From Vitrella brassicaformis CCMP3155 (lineage: Eukaryota > Protista > Chromerida), in contig CDMY01000227.1 in the NCBI GenBank assembly GCA_001179505.1, positions 62,001 through 126,000 of the forward strand: a DNA stretch of 64,000 nucleotides, given 5' to 3'. Positions 56,613-64,000 of the stretch are shown piece after piece; position 1 is the stretch's first letter, and every line of letters starts with the position of its first letter. Position numbers and translations under genes: made by a program. The notes under the pieces are model-generated. The model saw only the letters and a program-made list of their open reading frames with translations. It ran no database searches and was not told where the DNA came from.

Positions 56613-59478
56613 TCAGAAGGAAGCCGTCATCATTCTGCAGAGAGAAACGACACCATTGGTGTCCATGGACGGCCGGGGAGATCGCAGAGCATGATTGCAG
56701 CTGGACCCGACCCACCTGATTCGTTTGATTTCGTATTCGTCGGTGGTCGTCTGGCCGGGGCGCAGCTTGTTGCCGTACACGTGGTACTGCACGATATGAT
56801 CACACACACAGGCTGATGATCTGTGTGGTGTGTGGATGGGTGGGTGAATGCCACACGTACCACAAGGGCTGCGAGGGAGAAGAATATGCAGCCGAAGGCA
56901 GACCACCAAAGCACAATGCGATAGCCCCACCTGCGGGCCAGCCATGCGCCACACGTGTCCTTCGGTCTGAGACTCGCGTGTTGTGCTTACGTGAGTGGCG
57001 ACTCGAATGGGAAGTGATGGCGGACATAGTCCATGACAAAGCCTGAAGGGAGAGAGAGAGCAACCGCACACACACACATGGGCAAGCGGCCTCCATTGTC
57101 TGCGTTATTCATGAACGCACCAGGTATGATGGGTGCGCAGAAGTATCCGAGTGTGTTGTAGATGATCTGAGTCAAAGCACTGCTGAAGGAGCGCATGTAG
57201 TCTACACACGCAATACAGCACAGCACACCACAGAGGGACAAAGACCCTCTCTTTCTGTGCTCGGTGTGTCTCGTCTATGTGTGTGTCCCGTGTGTCACTC
57301 ACCTGGCACACATGACACGAGAATGCCGAAAGTGATGGGCGTCAAAGCACCGCCTAAACACCCCCAGACACACACACCCCCACACATCGGACGGATGGTT
57401 GCCTCGTGTGTGTCTGTCTCCGCCTTGTGTTGTGTACCTACCGCAGAAAAGGCAGATCCAGAGGCACGCGATGAATCCCCCGAGGTTCCAAGCGAAGGTG
57501 GCGAGGACGCCACACCCAGTGGCCACCACCGACCACACTATGCCTAGGTAGAAGGCGTTGTTGACTTGCTCACCCTTGTACCCTCCAAGCTTGTCACTTA
57601 TCCAGCCACCCGCAGGCACGCTGATCACCAGAGAAGAAGTGTCTATGCTTTGGAGGGCGGTGGGGAGGGGGGGACTGATGTCGTCACACGTACCCGCAGA
57701 GAGGTGCGGTGACCGCGGTGAAGGTGTAGAGTGCGATGACGTGAGCTCTGTCGCACTGCAGCACGTTGACGAGGTAGTCGGTCGTCCAAAACTGAATGCC
57801 CGTCACCACAAAGTACAAAGACGCCATGCCTGACACACACACATCCACCATTTGGTGCCTGTGTCATGCCTGTGTAGGTCTTCCGGTCGGTTGGTTTACT
57901 GAGTGAGAGGCAAAGGTAGAGTGGGTTCGAGATCAGAGAGAGTGTCCACTCGCCCAACTTGCTGCACACACCACAAACACCACAAACATCAGATCAACCG
58001 TGGGGACATGCAGAGAGTCGTGCTGTGTGTAGATTTGTCGGTCCACTTACGCGCAGAAGCCGAAGAATGTCTCCGTCTCCTCAGCCCTCTCCTGAGCCGT
58101 GATGCTGTCAAGGCGAATCCTACACACACAAACAGGCACACACACACATACACACCCTTGTCTCTCCCTCTCCCTCCCCCACCCTCCCCACTCGACCGAC
58201 CCACCTCGAGAATTTGGGTCGAGTGGGCTCCTCAATGAGCAGTCGGTCCTTGCCGGCGTCACACTCGTCAAGGTCGACGACATTCCCCATCTCGATGTCG
58301 ACCTCATGGTCGTCCGACTCGTCTGCTCGCGGGGCCCTCTGCGGGATGCGCCTGTGCCTCTCCGAGTGGTAGAGGGTGTAGTCGATGACGTTGTTGTCCA
58401 TGAGAGCAATGCCGATGACGGCGGGGACGATCATGACGGCCTGGAAGTAGAAAGCGGTGTGCCAGGTGATGTACTGGCCGATGGTGGGAAGGCGCTGCAG
58501 CTCCGTGATGGAGCCAGCGATCGAGTAGCCCACGATGGAGCCAAGCACGGAGGCCGCCTGGGTCCAGCTCATCCACCTAGACACATGCATGGTGTGGGTG
58601 AGAAATCCGTGCATTGCATCAGTGGGGTGGATCTTTGTTTGCCTACGATGACGAAGATGCTTTGGGGGCGAACTCATCGACCCACACCGGGGTGTACACC
58701 AGAGGCAATGCCTGACGACCGACCAAGAGAGGAAGGTGCGTGTCGTTCGTCTCTCTCGCCTGCCATATGGTTGTGTGCCCCTGCCACCCCGCCCACGCAC
58801 CTGTCCGATCCCAGCAACCAGGCGCGACGCGAGCATCCATTTGAAGTCTCCAGTGAAGTGACTGAAGAGACGAATAAACAGTGAGGGGCCCATTCCATTG
58901 ATGGTGTCTGTCTGTGGGGTGGGTGGGTGGTTGGGGCACTGCACTCACGCGAAAGAGAAAGCGGAGAGAGACATGGTGGCGAGGGCGGCAATGAGGATGT
59001 ACTTGGCGGGGAAGCGGCCGTAGATGACACCGGCGAGTGGGCTGCCGATGAGCAGGCCGGTGTACACGAGCGACCCGAGCAGCGACTGCTGCACGTAGCC
59101 GAGAGGGAACTCCAGGTTGATGAAGTGGAGACAAGCAGGGATAGCACCTGCACAAACACACAGACAGACAGACATACATACAAAAGTGTGGCACGGCGTC
59201 CGCGGGATGGCTGGCTGGCTGTCTGACCGTGGTCGAAGTTGAGCATCACCACGATGTACACCAGCATGACGAGCATCACACGACGGGAGCACAGCCCCTC
59301 TGTCCAGACAGGCATGCTCAGCCTTTCCTTACTTTATCTTGTCCCTTGTTCCTCACTCACCGTCTCCGCCGGCACGAGGCGGTGCGAATCGGAACTCCTT
59401 GGGCGACCTGGGGTGCGGGGGCAGACGCGTGACCACAGGCTGCACCGCCGAGGGCTCGATTATGCCCTCCATCGACAT
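56613..59478 (-). CDS. Major facilitator superfamily transporter, Spinster-like
   Basis: VMLNFDHGAIPA, QSLLGSLVYTGLLIGSPLAG, RLVAGIGQ, VYTPVWVDEFAP, WMSWTQAASVLGSIVGYSIAG, WHTAFYFQA, SALYFVVTGIQFW and GGWISDKLGGY. The true start may lie further upstream. Confidence 0.85.
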
Positions 59479-60110
59479 CTGCCGCGGAGCCTCAACCTGG
59501 GGCTGACCCTGGGGCTGACGCACCACCCTGCAGGACAGTCAGTCGATCAAGGACACCCACAGAGATGTGAGGCAGAAGGGTGTCTCTCTACGTGACTTGG
59601 CCTGCCTTACGTCGGCAGAGACGGGGCGCTCTTCTGCTGAGGATCTTTCGGCTCTTCGCCCTCCCCCTTCGATCGTCCAAACAGGTTCAGGTTGGGCAGT
59701 CCAGGCACACGCCACTGGGACAGCGCTGCAATTGAGAGAGGGGCGGGGCGCACACACCGCACACACAGGCATTAATGGCAGGGCAAGGCGCCCTCGAGTC
59801 AACGTCACGTACGCCTGAGGGTGTTGGTGTTATTTCCCGTTTTGGGCAGCAGTGCCGCTTCCGCCCCTGCTGCCGCACCCCCGTGGCCGTCAATCTCGGC
59901 GGTTTGCGTGACTGCACGCACAAACAAGACGGCAGCGCGTCACACAGGTGCGCCGGCTTCCCTCCCCCTCTCTCCTTTGCAAAACGGCCTGCCGCTTTGT
60001 GACGGGCCATGCCTGCCTGACCATCGCTGGCCTGCTGTGCTCGTGTGTGCTTACGGCTTCGTGCAGCCTCCACATCCACGTCGGCTTGCGCGTAGTGGGT
60101 GTGCTCCGCC

Positions 60111-61431
60111 ATGTGCGTTGGGTAATTTTTTGGCGGCCGTCGACGTTATCACGAGTTAGTTGAGTCAACCCTGCAGGCTTCTTGCGTTGCTTTATCAAAC
60201 GATTTGTTCGCAAGGAGAAACTCGGGAAGGGGGCAGGTGGGGGCTTCCTGGCCAAGAAGCTCGCGCTCTGAAAACTCAAGTTTACTCGCTAGAGCATCTG
60301 CCGGTCGTTTTCGCGATGGCCTGTGTCGGTATGGCTTGCTGGTCCTCCTCGCCCTCTCTGTATCCATCACGCGTAAGTGGCCATGCGAAACAAGGCCAGA
60401 TCAGATCTTCAGCGAGAGAGAGGACGGACGGCATCAACATGCGGACGCGCCGCACACGCCTTGTCGGTTCGGTTTCTCTGTGCGTGTGTTGTATTGGCAG
60501 ATGGCGTGGAGGCGTCTGGCAAGATAGCGACGGAGGAGAAATCTTGCGGCCTCATCGAACAAGGTATGAAGGCCCTTGGATAATGGCTTCCGGCTGGCTG
60601 CATTCCATACACCGCAGCCCATCTCATCCATCCATCCATCCATCCATCCATCCATCCATCCATCTGTGTTGCCGTCGTGCAGGTGCGTTTGCGGCGTCGA
60701 ATGCCACCTACATGGCGGGTCTTCATCTCGTTGAGCGGCAGATCCAACTCGCGAAACAACTCACCCAGTCGGGCGTCGACCTCTCACAGTCGGCCGCCAC
60801 CCTCAGCAGCACTGCACACGACAGCGTCACCGGAACCGCGGGCCTCATCGACGCCCTGGTGTCGCGCCAGACGGGCAGCTTCCTGCAGGCGGGCGACCAC
60901 TTCAATCAGCCACGGCGCCCGAAGCCGGATTGGTACAAGAGACCTAGCGGTTCGGAGATGGTGGAGTTTTTCGAGCAGCACTTCCCCTCATCGCTCACAC
61001 CGGCGAACGGAGTTTGCATCCGCGAGACAGAGAAGAGAGGCTCCCGGCCCACCCTTTGCTACCTGACGTGTCCAAACAAGGACTTCAGCATCGACTGGGG
61101 CCACCCCATGCTGGGGCGCATCCACACGGGGACCCCGAAAAAGATCGAATGTCTAACGACGGGGGTCACGGGGCCTGCGCAGAAGGTGTGCCAACCCGGC
61201 TCCAAGAGCAGCAGCCGGTTGGACTTCTGCGCCCTCAACAGCATCGGGTTGAACATGGAGAACCTGCGCGAGTACGATGGCCAGTGGGGCCATTTCTTCC
61301 ACGTGAAGCGGGGGCAGCGCTCTGAGGGGCAGAACAAGTGCGAGGGCATTGCTCTGGAGTTTTACTGGCGCGATTCCTACTCAGCGTATAAAGTCCCAGT
61401 GCCCGACCTGGGGGCAGACTCGCGCTGCTAG
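60111..61431 (+). CDS. Secreted or signal-anchored hypothetical protein with a Cys-containing C-terminal domain
   Basis: The phase-compatible model is CCGCC-ATG 60111-60121 | 60293-60372 | 60501-60562 | 60683-61431. It gives MCVGASAGRFRDGLCRYGLLVLLALSVSITHGVEASG..., with C-terminal Cys residues at CIRE, CYLTC, IECL, KVCQ, DFCA, NKCE and a terminal C. The first exon is tentative. Confidence 0.6.
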
Positions 61432-61710
61432 CAGAGCGTCTGACGCATACACACAACACACACACACCGCAGCCCATCATGTAGCCGACTTTACAAGGGA
61501 GAGGGAGGGGGGGGGGGCTGTATTGATGATCGGATGATTAAGCCATGACGTCATCGTTTTTCGCCTTACTTTTCCCATCTGCGCCACACCCACGCGCACA
61601 CACACGCACACAGCGTCTGTTTCTGTGTCTCCTTCTCACCTGTGCGACTTTTGGCACCTTTGCTTTTCTGGACGACAGGGCGCACACTTGTACAGAGCAG
61701 CAGGGATGCA

Positions 61711-61748
<38 letters not shown>

Positions 61749-62019
61749 CACAGAGAGGGAGAGAGAGATAAGTGGGGGTCGCATGCCGCAGAGCCAGGCT
61801 TCTCTCCCCACCGGTGGCCGTAGACAAGATCCGCGTCTGCCTGGTGGTGTACGTGTGACGCCTGCCTCGCCCCGATCCCACTCTCTCTGTGTGTTCTGGC
61901 TGGCCGGCATATCACGGACACACCTCACACACATGCACACACAGACTGACAGGGGGATGGCCGGTGTGCCGAAGTAGCTAATAATTAAAACGAGACGGGT
62001 GTGTGTGTGGGGGGGGGGG

Positions 62020-62319
62020 NNNNNNNNNNNNNNNNNNNNNNNNNNNNNNNNNNNNNNNNNNNNNNNNNNNNNNNNNNNNNNNNNNNNNNNNNNNNNNNNN
62101 NNNNNNNNNNNNNNNNNNNNNNNNNNNNNNNNNNNNNNNNNNNNNNNNNNNNNNNNNNNNNNNNNNNNNNNNNNNNNNNNNNNNNNNNNNNNNNNNNNNN
62201 NNNNNNNNNNNNNNNNNNNNNNNNNNNNNNNNNNNNNNNNNNNNNNNNNNNNNNNNNNNNNNNNNNNNNNNNNNNNNNNNNNNNNNNNNNNNNNNNNNNN
62301 NNNNNNNNNNNNNNNNNNN
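62020..62319. other. Assembly gap (300 N) flanked by poly-G on both sides
   Basis: The N run is bordered by G homopolymers, which suggests a sequencing or assembly failure at a G-tract. Confidence 1.
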
Positions 62320-62692
62320 GGGGGGGGGGGTTGAGGGTGTCGATACACGGCTGGCCGGTGGAAAAGGGATGGATGGCTGCACACGTGAGATGGCATGGTG
62401 TGGACTGATGGTCGCTGGATGGATGTGTGGATGGGCGGACAAACCGATGATTTTGAAAGAGCTGTCGGACGGTAACAGATAAACCAATGCAAGCCAAGCA
62501 GCCATCAATCACACAGCACACAGCTTGTCCGTCACGATGCACATGTACACATAGGGATGAGTGCTATGCACGCTACCGTCTCTGTTTCTCTCTCGACTAG
62601 CCAGTTGACTAAACAGCAACCCACCCCCGCCCCGCCCCGACCAGCCTGGCCTGGCCACTGGTGGCCGGCCCTTCCTCAGTCACTCATGTCAC

Positions 62693-63910
62693 TCATTCTC
62701 TGACGAGCGTGCCGCGCCCCCTCCCCAGCTTCCTGAGCAGGTCGAACACGGTGAACACGTCGGCTGTCGCATTATCGGTCTCGTCGTTGCCCAACTCATC
62801 GCTGCCACGCACGCAGCACACACGCTCTAGCCGGGGAAACCTGGCCTGCTTCAATGGGAAGGGCAGACAGGCGTCCTCCGCCCCACTCAGACGCAGCACG
62901 CGGCACTGGCGGAACACCAGCGGCCTCATGGTCGGCTGCCGACCGCCCCACCACCGCCACTGGTCCTCGCTGTTGGATGTCGTGCACGCCACCGTCACCT
63001 CTCGCGCATGGAAGGCGGCGAACAGGGTGACCTTCTTGACGATGTGGCGAATCATGTCGTTGTCGTGGCTGGCGTCGGGGGAGAGGACGTCCAGCGTGAC
63101 TCGCTCGACAGTGATGTGGAGGTAGGGCCGCTCGAGGACGTAGAGGAGGCACCTGGCCATGTCGAGTGAGATGACGATGCTCTTGAAGTGGATGTGCAGG
63201 GGGCGGGAGGCCTCACGGTTGGGCAGGGTGGGCGGGAAGTGGTACTGCGTCTGGATCAGCTGGGGCATGAACGGGTCACTCTCGGGCTGCGCACGCAGGT
63301 ACGCAGGCAGCGTGGCGTAGCCGTGGTCGGCAGCTGGACTGTGGCTGGGACCAGGGGTGGTGGTCACGGTGGCGCCCCCGCGGCTCGTGCTGGTGTGCCC
63401 CCACCCGTCGCCCTGTTTCTGCTCCTCCACGACGCCGCTGGCAGTGTAGCTGACGTTGGTGTTCATCTGGGTGCGCGAGCTCCACTCGTCGACCACCACC
63501 CGCTTGAACTGCCGCATGGCCGCGTGGTGCCACACGAGGGAGTGCTCGAACGTGCTGGTGCAGTACATGGGCAGACGAGTGACGGCAGCGGTCCTCTCCC
63601 CCTCCCCACTCAACACCTTGAGCCACCTGTCCCGCTGTCGACTCGGCATGCGGCGCATCAATGGCTCGCCAAGGGCCAGGTGCGAGTGTGCTGAGGGGGA
63701 GCGCGACGCAGCCAGGGCGTCACGCGACACGTCGCCGTATGTGATGACGCGAGGCGTCTCGAGGAACGAGAGGATGTTGCCGTAGACCTCCAAGGGCACG
63801 GAGAAGCCCTGCATGGGAATGGTGGTGAGCAGCTTCGCGTCACAGTGGTGGAGGGGGAGGGAGGGACTGGGCGGGGGGAACAGGCGCGCCACCAACTTCG
63901 AAGACAACAC
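62693..63910 (-). CDS. Hypothetical protein with an F-box-like N-terminal motif, 5'-partial (upstream exon beyond the window)
   Basis: One long exon starts after the acceptor at 63911-63912. It contains FSVPLEVYGNILSFLETP (LPxEixxxIlsfL-like) and an LRR-like C-terminal stretch (VFRQCRVLRLSG; FPRLERV). Confidence 0.6.
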   Translation of the reverse strand: MLSSKLVARLFPPPSPSLPLHHCDAKLLTTIPMQGFSVPLEVYGNILSFLETPRVITYGDVSRDALAASRSPSAHSHLALGEPLMRRMPSRQRDRWLKVLSGEGERTAAVTRLPMYCTSTFEHSLVWHHAAMRQFKRVVVDEWSSRTQMNTNVSYTASGVVEEQKQGDGWGHTSTSRGGATVTTTPGPSHSPAADHGYATLPAYLRAQPESDPFMPQLIQTQYHFPPTLPNREASRPLHIHFKSIVISLDMARCLLYVLERPYLHITVERVTLDVLSPDASHDNDMIRHIVKKVTLFAAFHAREVTVACTTSNSEDQWRWWGGRQPTMRPLVFRQCRVLRLSGAEDACLPFPLKQARFPRLERVCCVRGSDELGNDETDNATADVFTVFDLLRKLGRGRGTLVRE

Positions 63911-64000
63911 CTGTCAACAATGACGCAACACGGATGAATGGTAATTAATGTCTGTCTGCTCGTGTGCCCACCTTGTTGTGTGCGCTCTTGCAAGCGCCAT

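Noticed and set aside
60258-60264. AGCTCGC copy of the candidate promoter heptamer
   Set aside because: In the preferred gene model it falls in intron 1 of the secreted-protein gene, so it was not counted as promoter evidence.

Overview
This is GC-rich, intron-dense eukaryotic DNA. Introns are short (about 60-170 nt, GT-AG) and full of (CA)n, (CAGA)n and (GGAT)n microsatellites. The style and the apicomplexan-type H2A.Z tail suggest a chromerid alveolate such as Vitrella brassicaformis (inference, not verified). About 16 protein-coding genes can be assembled by hand. In order: a partial coiled-coil protein, a ZP-module membrane protein, SF3B4, an ABCC10/MRP7-like transporter, a large zinc-finger / peptidase-G2-like / STAND-NTPase / TM / ZZ protein, an SH3-like protein running into a gap, a divergent DAG-kinase-family protein, an Rdx(CxxC) / EF-hand / NPHP4-like protein, a NEK kinase with multiple EF-hands, a LAPTM-like tetraspan protein, aprataxin, PIG-O, H2A.Z, a TruA/Pus1 synthase with a bipartite-like leader, a Spinster-like MFS, a secreted Cys-rich protein and a partial F-box-like protein. 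There are two 300-nt assembly gaps. Most genes sit in head-to-head pairs with short spacers, while convergent spacers are long and microsatellite-rich. The top leads are (1) an apparent full zona pellucida module, normally regarded as animal-type, in a protist-like genome, (2) a MYRF-like membrane-tethered zinc-finger protein with a phage-type intramolecular-chaperone-like domain fused to an NLR-like STAND ATPase, and (3) a divergent pair of Ca2+-binding, cilium-type genes (NEK-EF-hand and Rdx-EF-hand-NPHP4-like). All domain calls are by-eye motif recognition, and exon boundaries are manual and approximate.
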